The translations under genes were made by a program, and so were the position numbers. Below are positions 17,096-27,194 of a DNA stretch of 64,000 bases, one piece after another; position 1 is the first letter of the stretch, and every line of letters starts with the position of its first letter. Below the pieces are notes generated by a model that saw only the letters and a program-made list of their open reading frames with translations, ran no database searches and was not told the DNA's origin. Origin of the DNA: Planctomycetota bacterium. Its GTDB lineage: Bacteria > Planctomycetota > SZUA-567 > H5-PLA8. Location: NCBI GenBank assembly GCA_038227875.1, contig JBBRPR010000002.1:96001-160000 (forward strand), read 5' to 3'.

Positions 17096-20050
17096 TCACA
17101 GCGGCGTCTGCCACGCTGCCTTCAATCCCGCCAGCGGCTCGTCGATCCACGGCAGCTGATCGGGGCCGATGCACTGCAGTACCTGCTGTTCGGTCACGAC
17201 GCCGACGCAGGCGTGCGGGAGGCCGCCGAAAATGCCTTCGAAATCCTGGCGCAGATCGCGCGAGACTTCGATCAGGTAGCGCGACGGGCTTTCGCTGAAG
17301 AGCACCACATTCGGTGGCAGCATGCGCGGCACGGGGATCTTGCCGATTTCGATCTGTGCGCCGAGACCGCCGGCGAACGCCATTTCGGCGGCGGCCGCGG
17401 CCAAGCCGCCTTCGCTCAGGTCGTGGCAGGCGCGCACGACTTTGCGCGAAATGGCTTTGTGCACGGCCTTGTGAATCCGCGTCGAGAGCTTCAAATCCAC
17501 GCGCGGAATGTGGCCGGCGGTGATCGCGATGTTGGTCACCATGTTGAGGTGGCTGCCGCCCAGTTCGTCGTTGGTGATGCCAATGACGTAGAGCAGATCG
17601 CCGGCCTTCTTCAAATCCATGGTCACGCACGACCGCACATCTTCGACGATGCCCATGCCGGAGATCAGCAGCGTGCCGGGAATCGCGATGGTCTTGTTGT
17701 TCACGCTGTATTCGTTGTTCAGCGAATCCTTGCCGCTGATGAACGGCGTGCCGTAGGCGATGGCCGCTTCCGTCGCGCCTTCGCAGGCCAGCGCCAGCGA
17801 GCCCAACTGCTCGGGCTTGGAGGTGTTGCCCCACGAGAAGTTGTCGAGAATGAACGTGTTGTCCGGATCGGCGCCGACGGCGACGAGATTGCGGATGCAT
17901 TCGTCGACGGCCAGTTTCGCCATCTCCTTCGGATCGCGTTCGGTGAACTGCGGGCACAGACCGCAACCGATGGCGAGGCCCCGTTCGCTGCCGAGGATCG
18001 GCGTGAGCACAGCCGCGTCGCCGGGCGCATCGTCGTTGATGCCTACCAGCGGCTTGATTGCGGTGCGGCCCTGAACTTCGTGATCGTACTGCCGGATGAT
18101 CCACTGCTTCGACGCGACCGTCGGGTGCGCGAGCACTTTTTTCAGCAGCGCGCCCCACAGCACAGCCGGTTGCGTCCGCGCCTTGGAGAGCATCTTCAAA
18201 TCCAGACCCGTCGTCGTGTGCATGGTCATCAGCGCGTCGAGCGTTGAGACGTCCTGCACCGCGACCTTGGGCGGCGTCCATGTCGCATCGCGCGTGACGT
18301 GCGGCAGGCCGCCGTGGAGGAATTCGACGGAGAGTTTCGCCACGGGCTGGCCACGGTAATTAAGGCGCAGAATCTTGTCGGCGCCAAACGCGCCGATGAC
18401 CGTCGCGTCGACGTCTTCGTCCTTGCAGAGCTTGTCCAGTTCCGGCCACTTCGCGGGCGGCACGGCGATGACCATGCGTTCCTGCGCTTCGCTGATCCAG
18501 ATTTCCGTATAGGAAAGTCCGTCGTACTTCAGCGGCACTTTTTCCAGATCGACAATGGCGCCCAGGTCTTCGCCCATCTCGCCGACGGCCGAGGACAGTC
18601 CACCCGCGCCGCAATCGGTCACGCAGGTGTACAACCCGGCGTCGCGCGCCACCAGCAGGACGTCGAGCACCTTCTTCTGCTCGATGGCATTGCCGATCTG
18701 CACCGCGCCGCTGGAGACCATTTCGGAATTTTCGGAGAGTTCCAGGCTGCTGAACGTCGCGCCGTGGATGCCGTCGCGTCCGGTCCGGCCGCCGAGCACC
18801 ACGATGAAATCGCCGGAATGCGCGCGCTTGTTGATCTTGTCGCGCGGAATCAAGCCGACAGACCCCGCGAAGACGAGCGGGTTGCCGACGTAGCGCGGAT
18901 CGAACTGCACCGCGCCATTGACCGTCGGAATGCCCATTCTATTGCCGTAATCGCGCACGCCGGAGACGACCCCGGCCATCACGCGCCGCGGGTGGAGCGT
19001 GCCGGCGGGCAGATGTTCGTGGCGGATTTCCGGGCTGCCGAAACAGAACACGTCGGTGTTGGCGATGGGCTTGGCGCCCAGGCCCGTGCCCATCGTATCG
19101 CGGATGCAGCCGCCGATTCCCGTTCCCGCGCCGCCGTAAGGTTCGATCGCGCTGGGATGATTGTGCGTTTCGACTTTGAACGTTACCGCCCAGTTTTCAT
19201 CAAACGCGACGACGCCGGCGTTGTCTTTGAAAACCGACAGACACGCGCGATGGCCGATCGTTTCGGTCGCGCGGACGATGGTTTCTTTGAGCAGATTGTT
19301 GTAGCGCTTGGAGCCTTCCGGACCGGTAAAGTTCACCGTGCCGCGCATGGTCTTGTGGCGGCAGTGTTCCGACCACGTCTGCGCCAGCGTTTCCAGTTCG
19401 ATGTCGGTTGGGTTGCGGCCGTTCTCCTGGAAGTAAAGTTGGATCGCTTTCATTTCATCCAGCGACAACGCCAGCGAACCGTCGCGGCTGATCTCGAGGA
19501 GTTCCGTGTCTTCCTTGCCGATCAGCGGCACCTGCATGAGCTGGAAGTTGTACGCGCCGGCCGGTCCGTGCACGGGGGCCATCTTGTCGATGTGAATTTC
19601 TTCGATGCAGTCGTTGCCCAGGATTTTGCGCGAAACACGCAGCAGTTCCTTGGTCTCGATTTTCGTGCTCGACGGATAGAAGAAGAGGTACTTGCGGCCG
19701 GTCGTGACGAGGCCGACGTTGAGCTTGCGGTCGTTGAGCGCCTTGCGGATGCTCGCCGCGACGGGATCCATCACGCCGGGCTTGCGCGCGACTTCGATCA
19801 GCCGCGCGTCGACGTCGTCGTACAGCGGCTCGTTGACCGAGGCCTTCTCCACGATCGGGTCGGAGAACAGTTCGCGGGCGACGGTCGCCGCGACGTCGGG
19901 GGAAAACTCGGCTTCAATCCAGTAGAGCCGGGCCGTGCGGATGCGTTCCGGGAGCTGCGCGCCCAGTGCTTTGAGTTCAGAGAGAATTCCAGCCGCCAGC
20001 GGGTCGGGAAGATTCTCGCGAAGTCCTGCTTCGATGCGGTACAGATTCAT
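17096..20050 (-). CDS. purL: phosphoribosylformylglycinamidine synthase PurL with N-terminal PurS-like extension
   Basis: QTWSEHCRHK, KVETHNHPSAIEP, DCGAGGLSSA, SEAQERM, HDLSEGGLA. Confidence 0.97.
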   Translation of the reverse strand: MNLYRIEAGLRENLPDPLAAGILSELKALGAQLPERIRTARLYWIEAEFSPDVAATVARELFSDPIVEKASVNEPLYDDVDARLIEVARKPGVMDPVAASIRKALNDRKLNVGLVTTGRKYLFFYPSSTKIETKELLRVSRKILGNDCIEEIHIDKMAPVHGPAGAYNFQLMQVPLIGKEDTELLEISRDGSLALSLDEMKAIQLYFQENGRNPTDIELETLAQTWSEHCRHKTMRGTVNFTGPEGSKRYNNLLKETIVRATETIGHRACLSVFKDNAGVVAFDENWAVTFKVETHNHPSAIEPYGGAGTGIGGCIRDTMGTGLGAKPIANTDVFCFGSPEIRHEHLPAGTLHPRRVMAGVVSGVRDYGNRMGIPTVNGAVQFDPRYVGNPLVFAGSVGLIPRDKINKRAHSGDFIVVLGGRTGRDGIHGATFSSLELSENSEMVSSGAVQIGNAIEQKKVLDVLLVARDAGLYTCVTDCGAGGLSSAVGEMGEDLGAIVDLEKVPLKYDGLSYTEIWISEAQERMVIAVPPAKWPELDKLCKDEDVDATVIGAFGADKILRLNYRGQPVAKLSVEFLHGGLPHVTRDATWTPPKVAVQDVSTLDALMTMHTTTGLDLKMLSKARTQPAVLWGALLKKVLAHPTVASKQWIIRQYDHEVQGRTAIKPLVGINDDAPGDAAVLTPILGSERGLAIGCGLCPQFTERDPKEMAKLAVDECIRNLVAVGADPDNTFILDNFSWGNTSKPEQLGSLALACEGATEAAIAYGTPFISGKDSLNNEYSVNNKTIAIPGTLLISGMGIVEDVRSCVTMDLKKAGDLLYVIGITNDELGGSHLNMVTNIAITAGHIPRVDLKLSTRIHKAVHKAISRKVVRACHDLSEGGLAAAAAEMAFAGGLGAQIEIGKIPVPRMLPPNVVLFSESPSRYLIEVSRDLRQDFEGIFGGLPHACVGVVTEQQVLQCIGPDQLPWIDEPLAGLKAAWQTPL

Positions 20051-20198
20051 GGAGGCGATGGTAAAGGTTCGATTGAAATTCGAAAACGAATTTTAAATGC
20101 CGGTCTCACACAATGCTCAACCTTCAGGCGTATGACGCAGCGACTATAGCGGTCGGTGGATGAAAGCCAAAGAAATTCGAGAGCCAGGAGCCGTTCAC

Positions 20199-21119
20199 TC
20201 AGTCGTCCGAGAACTGCACCTTCTTACCAAACTGTTTCTCGAAGACGCTCAGGTACTGCTCGAGTGAAAACATACGCAGTTCCTTGCGGTACTGTTCGAC
20301 TTTGGTTTTGTCTTCCAGCGGCAGGACGATGGGGTCGCCCTTGTCGTTCTGCCCGACTTGCGTGCCGTATTTCTGTTTGTTGCCCAAATAGAGTTGGGTG
20401 CGGTCGTAGAGCAGCGCGAAATTCTGGCCGTCGTTGAGCAGGCCGGCTTTCATATCTTTTTCGATTTCCGGAAGCACGGAGATCATCAGCGGCAGCGTGC
20501 CGATGTGTTGGACGATCAGGAACGCGGTGTTCGAGGCCGATTGCCCAAAACGTTTCACGTCGATCCAGCCGTACTCCTGGATGAGCTTCGTGATGTAGCG
20601 GGTGTTCTCCGTATCGACGGCGCCTATTTGGTTCAACTTCGTTTGATCTTTGCGCACTTCCTGATCGGTGACTAGACGCTTGGCGAATTGGAATTGGATT
20701 TCCTTGAGTTCCTCGGCAGGGACTTCTTTTTTGGTGCCGAGCTTCAGCGGCTTCAGTTCCAGCTCGTCCGGCGTGGTGGAGAGTTTACTAAAGGTGAGTA
20801 CAGGTCCGCCGCCTTCGGGCGTGAAGATCAGCTTGTCGCTTTTCAGCTCCAGCTTGATCGGAACCGTACGACCTTGAGATTTGATGATGAGTTTGCCCGG
20901 CGCCAGTTGCGCGGCGAAGAAGCTGAGCTGGCCATTCTCGGCGGAACTGAAGCGCTGGGGTTCGATCCGGATCAGCGCTTTCGCGTTGGGATCGTCGCTC
21001 GACCAGCAGCCCAGGAAGACTTTCGCCTCCGGTGGCACTACCGCTTCGGCGGCGTGACACGATTCCTTACACATCAAGACGGCGAACAGGGTCAGGGTGC
21101 AGGCCAGATACCGGGGCAT
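20199..21119 (-). CDS. secreted DUF6624-like protein
   Basis: Signal peptide; DQEVR..D..NT..I..YGW, AFLIVQH, ALLYDR..QKYGTQ pattern. Confidence 0.75.
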   Translation of the reverse strand: MPRYLACTLTLFAVLMCKESCHAAEAVVPPEAKVFLGCWSSDDPNAKALIRIEPQRFSSAENGQLSFFAAQLAPGKLIIKSQGRTVPIKLELKSDKLIFTPEGGGPVLTFSKLSTTPDELELKPLKLGTKKEVPAEELKEIQFQFAKRLVTDQEVRKDQTKLNQIGAVDTENTRYITKLIQEYGWIDVKRFGQSASNTAFLIVQHIGTLPLMISVLPEIEKDMKAGLLNDGQNFALLYDRTQLYLGNKQKYGTQVGQNDKGDPIVLPLEDKTKVEQYRKELRMFSLEQYLSVFEKQFGKKVQFSDD

Positions 21120-21262
21120 GGTGCTTCTCCGAGAAAATGGTGGGCGTCGTTTATTAACGTGCCCAAGGTACAGAACGTTACATTCGCACCTTGTAGGAAT
21201 CGTGGTTGTTGAAAAGAAAGGCGTGTTCGGCAATACTATTCCAGAACCGCGACGAGGCCGCC

Positions 21263-22021
21263 ATGATCGCCATTCTTTCCGATGTGCATGCCAATTTAGA
21301 AGCGCTCCAGGCGGTCATTCACGACGTCAGCCAGCGCGGCATCAAACGCATTTTCTTTCTCGGTGACATCGTCGGCTACGGACCCAATCCGGCCGAAGTG
21401 CTCGACTTTATCAAGAATTTCGAATTCTGCCTGCTCGGCAACCACGACGAAGCCTGCTTGAAGGGCCCGGGCAAGCAATTCAACGCGGCGGCGGCGAAGT
21501 CGGCGTGGTGGACGCGGCGGCAGATCTGCCCCGACGAAATCTCCGGCGCGTTCTTGCGGCCGGGCGAACACCAGAAGCGGACGCAGCAGTGGGAATACCT
21601 GTTGTCGCTGAAGCCGGTGCGCATGGTCGGTGAAATGATGTTCGTCCACGACACACCCGCTCAGCCAGGTTCGTGGCGCTACGTCCGCGACCGCGCGGAG
21701 GCCGATCTGGGCTTCAAAGCGCATCCGAATGTGCGTGCGTTTTTCTACGGGCATTCGCACGTGCCGGGCGTGTGGACAGAGACCAATTACATAAAGGCCG
21801 AGCCCGGCCGCAAGTTCACCTTCAAAGACCGCGTCTCGGTGAACGTCGGTTCCGTCGGCCAGCCGCGCGACAAGGACCCGCGAGCGTGCTACGTGCTGCT
21901 GGAACCCGACGGCTTCCGCTTCTTCCGCGTGCCCTACGACATCGCCAAGACGCAGGAAAAAATCCGCGCGACGCCGGAACTGGAGCCGATCCTCGCGGAC
22001 CGGCTGGCGGTCGGGCAGTAA
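21263..22021 (+). CDS. calcineurin-like metallophosphoesterase
   Basis: SDVHAN, GDIVGYG, GNHD, GHSH, NVGSVGQPRD. Confidence 0.92.
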   Translation: MIAILSDVHANLEALQAVIHDVSQRGIKRIFFLGDIVGYGPNPAEVLDFIKNFEFCLLGNHDEACLKGPGKQFNAAAAKSAWWTRRQICPDEISGAFLRPGEHQKRTQQWEYLLSLKPVRMVGEMMFVHDTPAQPGSWRYVRDRAEADLGFKAHPNVRAFFYGHSHVPGVWTETNYIKAEPGRKFTFKDRVSVNVGSVGQPRDKDPRACYVLLEPDGFRFFRVPYDIAKTQEKIRATPELEPILADRLAVGQ

Positions 22022-22139
22022 GCTTCAGCAACTGAAGCAGAAGTGATGCAGCGCGCTTCAATCGTCCCATCTTGGATGTGTTCGACGGTCACGATCCCTC
22101 CTTTTTAAAAGATTCAGAGTGAAATCCTCCGACATGGAG

Positions 22140-22157
22140 TGTACTGTAAATAGAACA
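22140..22157. promoter_or_regulatory. palindromic operator-like site TGTAC-N8-GAACA (site 1)
   Basis: TGTACTGTAAATAGAACA just upstream of the Kelch gene; recurs at 24374, 35426, 35535. Confidence 0.65.
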
Positions 22158-22165
22158 GTTGTTTC

Positions 22166-24319
22166 ATGATCGGTACTGCCATGGGAGAGTTTGGCGTGAC
22201 CAAGATCTGTATCAAGTTCGCGGCGGCGACCTTTGTGATGGGATGTGGATTCATGCCAATGGCTCTGGCAGCGGATGCCCCGCCGGTGGAGCGGCGTTCA
22301 GTGCCGGCGGTCGAGGATCTCAAAAAGCCGATCTTGTGGGGGCTGGAATGTACGGCGGCGGACGGCTCGGGCCTCGCGTTTGGCGGATGCGAGCAGGAGG
22401 CCGACGACGGTGCCTCGCGTACGCGCATCAAAGTGTCTGGCAACTGGAAACCTCTAACCGACGAACTTCGCGCCAAAAATCCGCTGCAGAAACAGTACGA
22501 GAAAACGTGGGCACTGCGCAACCATTTGAAAGACGGCATCGCCCGCGCCCGCTACATCTACTTTGAAGGCCGCGTCGCCGACGACGCGCAGAAGTCGCTC
22601 AAGGCCGACGTCGTTCCGGCACTTGAAGGCGTTCTCAAAGACGTGGAGACGCTGTCGACGGAACTGGGCGCGCTGAAACTGGACGCGTACGAGGCTGCGC
22701 AAGCCAAGTCCGGCCTGGCGACGCTGCAGACTGTGGCCGGCAAACTCAAAACGCTGAGCGGCACGCTGACCACCGGCGTGACGGCCGATCTGCTCAAGGA
22801 ATTGCGGGAAGCCCAGGTCAATCTGGAGCGCGCATCCGAGGCGTTCGATGCGGAACCTCCCGTGCGCGCGCTGACGGCGATGGTCTTTGACGAGAAGAGC
22901 AAACTCGTTGTCCTCTTTGGTGGCGATCACTTCGATTACCTCATGAACGACACGTGGACTTTTGATCCGGCCGCGAAAAAGTGGATGCAGCGCCACCCCG
23001 CAACGGCCCCCTCGCCGCGCGGCAACGCGCTGCTCAAGGCCGCCGGCGGCAAGGTGACGCTCACCGGCGGCTACGACTACACGTCCACCACTGACTACGT
23101 GGGCGCTCATTACAAAGAAGTGAAGGACGGCGAGTGGACCTATGATCCGGCCACCGATGCGTGGTCCGGCAGCGGCCCGGGCGAACCGTCGGGCTCGCGT
23201 GTTTACCGCAAGGACCCGTATTTGCCGGAGTCCTTCATGCAGGGCGATGCGCCGAACGCGGCGGCCACGGATGAGAAGCAAAAAGAGTTGCCGGTCAACA
23301 CCTGGGTGCTGGCCAAGCCGCCGAAACTTCCCAAGCAGAACCGCGACTGGGGTTCGGTCACGATCGACACGGATCACGACATGCTGCTGTTTTTCAGCGG
23401 CGGGCATGTGGCTCACGGCGGGTCGGATGTGCTGCAGTACCATTTCAGCACCAACCGCTGGGAATTGCCGTTTCCGATCGAGTTCCCGCTGGGGCAAACC
23501 TATTCCAACACCAGCTATCCCGACGGCTACAATCTCAACCGGCGTCCGTGGGTGACCGGGCACACGTATTTGAGTTACCTCTACGATCCGACCGCCAAAA
23601 AACTGCTCTTCACCGGACACACCAGGCATTGCTACGAGTACGATCCCGTGGCCGCGGACTGGACCGGGCGTTCGGTCAAGCCGGCGGGGATGAATTACGG
23701 CGGCTGCTTCTTTGATCTGAACTGCGCGTTCGCCACTGGCGGTTCGGTCTGCTGGACCAAGGAGAGCCGCTTCTTCCGCTACACGGCGGCGCAGAATCTG
23801 TGGGCGGAACTTAAAGTGACCGGCAAAGCTCCCGGCGCGAGCGTTGATAGCTCTGTTTCGGTCTACGACAGCAAGCGCGATCGCCTGCTGATGATCGCGT
23901 CCGGATATGGCCAGAAATATAACGGCCAGGTCTTCGCCCTGGATCTGAAGACGCTGGCCGTCTCAGCGCTCACGCCCACGAACATGGCGGCGGTGCCGGC
24001 TGCCGGAGGTTTCGGCGTCGACCGGGCCTGCTATGATGCGGAGAACGACGTGGTCCTGATGGGGACATTGTTGCCGGATGCCTCCGCCGATGGGGTACAC
24101 CGGACGCCGGCTTACGATTGCGCGTCCAATCGCTGGGTCGCGCTGAAGATCAACTACCCGACCGCTGGCGACAAGAAAAGTCCTCAAGTTCCGATGGGGC
24201 ATTCCAGTGGCGTTGCCTTCGACCCGAAGCGCAAACGGGTTTGGGGCGTGGATACGAATTGCAACATCTATATGCTGAAATTAGACCTGAAATCCGCCGA
24301 CGCTACGGAGATGAAATAG
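22166..24319 (+). CDS. secreted Kelch-repeat/beta-propeller protein with helical insertion
   Basis: Signal peptide; VVLFGGD..NDTWTFDP..W, LFFSGG, YDSKRDRLL repeats; start may be GTG at 22196. Confidence 0.8.
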   Translation: MIGTAMGEFGVTKICIKFAAATFVMGCGFMPMALAADAPPVERRSVPAVEDLKKPILWGLECTAADGSGLAFGGCEQEADDGASRTRIKVSGNWKPLTDELRAKNPLQKQYEKTWALRNHLKDGIARARYIYFEGRVADDAQKSLKADVVPALEGVLKDVETLSTELGALKLDAYEAAQAKSGLATLQTVAGKLKTLSGTLTTGVTADLLKELREAQVNLERASEAFDAEPPVRALTAMVFDEKSKLVVLFGGDHFDYLMNDTWTFDPAAKKWMQRHPATAPSPRGNALLKAAGGKVTLTGGYDYTSTTDYVGAHYKEVKDGEWTYDPATDAWSGSGPGEPSGSRVYRKDPYLPESFMQGDAPNAAATDEKQKELPVNTWVLAKPPKLPKQNRDWGSVTIDTDHDMLLFFSGGHVAHGGSDVLQYHFSTNRWELPFPIEFPLGQTYSNTSYPDGYNLNRRPWVTGHTYLSYLYDPTAKKLLFTGHTRHCYEYDPVAADWTGRSVKPAGMNYGGCFFDLNCAFATGGSVCWTKESRFFRYTAAQNLWAELKVTGKAPGASVDSSVSVYDSKRDRLLMIASGYGQKYNGQVFALDLKTLAVSALTPTNMAAVPAAGGFGVDRACYDAENDVVLMGTLLPDASADGVHRTPAYDCASNRWVALKINYPTAGDKKSPQVPMGHSSGVAFDPKRKRVWGVDTNCNIYMLKLDLKSADATEMK

Positions 24320-24373
24320 ACCGCTTTCGGGCTACAATTTAGCTAGAAACATCGTGAAATCGCATCCCAAGGG

Positions 24374-24391
24374 TGTACTGTAAAAAGAACA
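24374..24391. promoter_or_regulatory. palindromic operator-like site TGTAC-N8-GAACA (site 2)
   Basis: TGTACTGTAAAAAGAACA about 30 bp upstream of the first gene of the mod operon. Confidence 0.65.
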
Positions 24392-24420
24392 ACAGCGGAC
24401 GGGGCGGGCGAGGTAACGGC

Positions 24421-25647
24421 ATGAAAAGCACGTTTCGATGGATCGAGTGCAAAGCTTGGGCGCTGCTGGTGTTAAGCGTCGGTTTTGCGCTGTTGACCGG
24501 ACCGGACGCGCGTGCCTGCTCAGAACCCGTCTACAAGTACGCCGCGGAAAATTGGCAGCCGGAACCCTATGTGGTCGTGCTGTTCCGGCACGGCAAACCC
24601 GCGGCTGACGACGAGGCCCTTTCGAAGCTCATTTCCGATTCCCACGCCAACGCCATGGTCGACAACTGCGACGTCGACACCGACGTGCCACAGGAATACA
24701 AAGCCGTGTGGGATTCGATCAAGACGCAGACGCTGCCCCAGATGGCCGTGCTGTCGCCGTCCCATCGGGAAGCGCCGGAGAGAGGCGCGCTCTGGTCAGG
24801 CGCGTGGAACAAGGCCAACATTGAGAAGGTGTTGAATTCCCCCGTGCGCAAGAAATTGGCGGAGAACCTGAAGCGCGGCGACGCCGGCGTCTGGCTGCTC
24901 TTCGATGGCGGCAAGAAGGCGACCGACGATACCACCATGGCCCTGCTGGAAAAGAACGCCAAGGAACTCTCGGCGCGCTTCACGGCTGAAATTCGAGCCA
25001 ACTCCGAAATGGTCAAGGATGAACCCCGCGATCCGGCGGCGCCCGAAGCCAAGGCAGCGGCGCCCGCGGAAGATGTGCGGCTCTCGGTGATCCGTGTTTC
25101 GCGCAAGGAAGCGACCGACGACACGCTCTTCTCCGGAATGATGGCCGAACCGTTCAAGCAGGACGAACCCTGCGCGATGATGGTCTTCGGACGCGGTCGG
25201 GCGCTGGGACCCCTGGCCGCCAAGGAACTCACGGAAGAAGGGGTCGAATCGGTCGCCGGTTTCCTGGCCGGGCCCTGCGTCTGTTCGATCAAGGAACAGA
25301 AAATCGGCATCGATCTGCTCCTGGATCTGCCAATGGATTCGCATTGGAAGCCGCCGGAGTTTCCCGTGGACCTCGGTGCGGCGCCTCCCTTGTCGCCCCT
25401 GCCCGTAACGCCGGCTGCACCGGCGACGACTCCCGCGCCCGTGATTCCGGCGCCGCTGGCTGCAACGACTCCGCCGGCGGTCGCGCCTACCCCGGCGCCA
25501 GTTCCCGTCTCTACTGCAGCCGATACCGCCATCGCTCCGCAGACGGTTGAAGCTCCGCGCTCGCTCTCTGGACTGACGCTGGCGGCGGCGCTGATTGCCG
25601 TGGGCCTGGTCGCGTTGATTCTTGCCACTCGAAAGGGCTCGGCATGA
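24421..25647 (+). CDS. exported Cys-containing hypothetical protein with Pro/Ala linker and C-terminal membrane anchor
   Basis: Signal peptide ending ARA-CSEPVYKYAAENW; GPCVCSIKEQ motif; ATGA overlap with modA. Confidence 0.75.
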   Translation: MKSTFRWIECKAWALLVLSVGFALLTGPDARACSEPVYKYAAENWQPEPYVVVLFRHGKPAADDEALSKLISDSHANAMVDNCDVDTDVPQEYKAVWDSIKTQTLPQMAVLSPSHREAPERGALWSGAWNKANIEKVLNSPVRKKLAENLKRGDAGVWLLFDGGKKATDDTTMALLEKNAKELSARFTAEIRANSEMVKDEPRDPAAPEAKAAAPAEDVRLSVIRVSRKEATDDTLFSGMMAEPFKQDEPCAMMVFGRGRALGPLAAKELTEEGVESVAGFLAGPCVCSIKEQKIGIDLLLDLPMDSHWKPPEFPVDLGAAPPLSPLPVTPAAPATTPAPVIPAPLAATTPPAVAPTPAPVPVSTAADTAIAPQTVEAPRSLSGLTLAAALIAVGLVALILATRKGSA

Positions 25648-27194
25648 CCTTGATCGGCGGATTAGTTCTACGCAGACCCGCGCGGGGCGGTGCCCATCCG
25701 CTGGCGATGATCTTCGGAGTCTCGCTGATTGTCGCCGGCCTGCTGGTGGCGATGCTGACGCTGCTCTCGGGCGGAAATTCGGCCACGCCGGGAAAAAAGC
25801 CGCTGATCGTCCTCGTCGGCGCAAGCTTGAAGCCGGCCTTTGAAGCCGTCGCCAAATCCTACCGCGAACAGTACGGCGTCGAGATCCAGGCTCAGTACGA
25901 TGCCTCCGACAACCTGCTCAGCTCCATCAAGATCACGCACACCGGCGATCTGTTTCTGCCGGCCGAAGAGCTCTATATCAACCGCGCCCGGGGTGAAGGT
26001 CTGGTCAAGGAAGTGCTGGCCGTGGCGCACACGCGTCCGGTGATCGCGGTGAAGAAGGGCAATCCCAAAAATATCAAGGATCTCAACGACCTGCTGCGGA
26101 CGGATGTCAGCGTCGGCGTGGCCAGTCCGGCGGCGGCCATTGGACGGCTGACGAAAGAAGCCTTCGAGCGCAGCGGCAAGACCGAGGAATACAACACGCG
26201 ACGCAAGAACACCGATTCGAAATTCAGCGAACTGGGCAAGGAACCGGAAGTCGGCAACAGCATCAAGCTGGGCGCTGTCGATGCGGGCATCATCTGGGAT
26301 TCGTCCGCGACGCGCTATCCGGAACTGGAAGCCATCAGCGACACGCAGCTCAATTCCTTCGACCAACAGGTCTCGATTGGCGTGCTGAGCACCTCCAGCG
26401 ATGCGACGCGCGCGCTCCACTTTGCGCGCTACCTGACCGCGCGAGATCGAGGGCTGCCGCAATTCAAGGCCGCCGGTTACCGCGTGGACGATGGCGATCA
26501 GTGGGCTGAAAGCCCGGAGCTCTCGGTGTTTCTCGGCGCCATGCTGCGCCCGGCGATGACCGAGACGTTGAAACAGTTTGCCGCGCGCGAAGGTCTGCCG
26601 CCCATCAAAACGGTTTACAACGGCTGCGGCATTCTCGTGGGACAAATGAAAGTTGGCGCGCGGCCGGACATGTACTTTGCCTGTGACACCTCCTTTATGA
26701 ACCAGGTCCAGGATCTCTTCGACAAGGCCGACGTGATCTCGTCCAATGAAATGGTGATCGTGGTTCAGAAGGGCAATCCGAAGGGCATCAAGGAACTCAA
26801 GGACCTGATGAAACCGGGCATCAAGCTGGGTGTCGGCGAAGAACGGCAGTGCGCGCTGGGCTGGCTGACCAAGGATGTCCTCGACCGCACCAACCTGTGC
26901 GAGAAGATCGAAAAGAACATCGCCACCCGTCTGACCACTGGCGACATGCTGATCGCCGCGATGCCTGCGCTGGACGCGGTGATCGTGTACAAGAGCAACG
27001 CGATGTTCATCAAAGACCGCTTCGATGTCATCCCCGTCGATCTGCCGCAGCATTTCGCGCAGCAACCGGTGGCGGTGAGCAAGGAATCCAAGTACCGGCA
27101 TTTGACCGAAAGGCTGCTGGATGCGATCCGCTCCAGCGAATCCCAGGCACGCTTTCGCGAAAACGGATTTCAATGGGTCTACAATCCGAAGTGA
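25644..27194 (+). CDS. modA: molybdate/tungstate ABC substrate-binding protein with two tandem ModA domains
   Basis: Two repeats of the ModA fold signature (VIAVKKGNPKNIKDLNDL; VIVVQKGNPKGIKELKDL; F..AGY / F.ENGF ends); N-terminal TM. Confidence 0.85.
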   Translation: MTLIGGLVLRRPARGGAHPLAMIFGVSLIVAGLLVAMLTLLSGGNSATPGKKPLIVLVGASLKPAFEAVAKSYREQYGVEIQAQYDASDNLLSSIKITHTGDLFLPAEELYINRARGEGLVKEVLAVAHTRPVIAVKKGNPKNIKDLNDLLRTDVSVGVASPAAAIGRLTKEAFERSGKTEEYNTRRKNTDSKFSELGKEPEVGNSIKLGAVDAGIIWDSSATRYPELEAISDTQLNSFDQQVSIGVLSTSSDATRALHFARYLTARDRGLPQFKAAGYRVDDGDQWAESPELSVFLGAMLRPAMTETLKQFAAREGLPPIKTVYNGCGILVGQMKVGARPDMYFACDTSFMNQVQDLFDKADVISSNEMVIVVQKGNPKGIKELKDLMKPGIKLGVGEERQCALGWLTKDVLDRTNLCEKIEKNIATRLTTGDMLIAAMPALDAVIVYKSNAMFIKDRFDVIPVDLPQHFAQQPVAVSKESKYRHLTERLLDAIRSSESQARFRENGFQWVYNPK

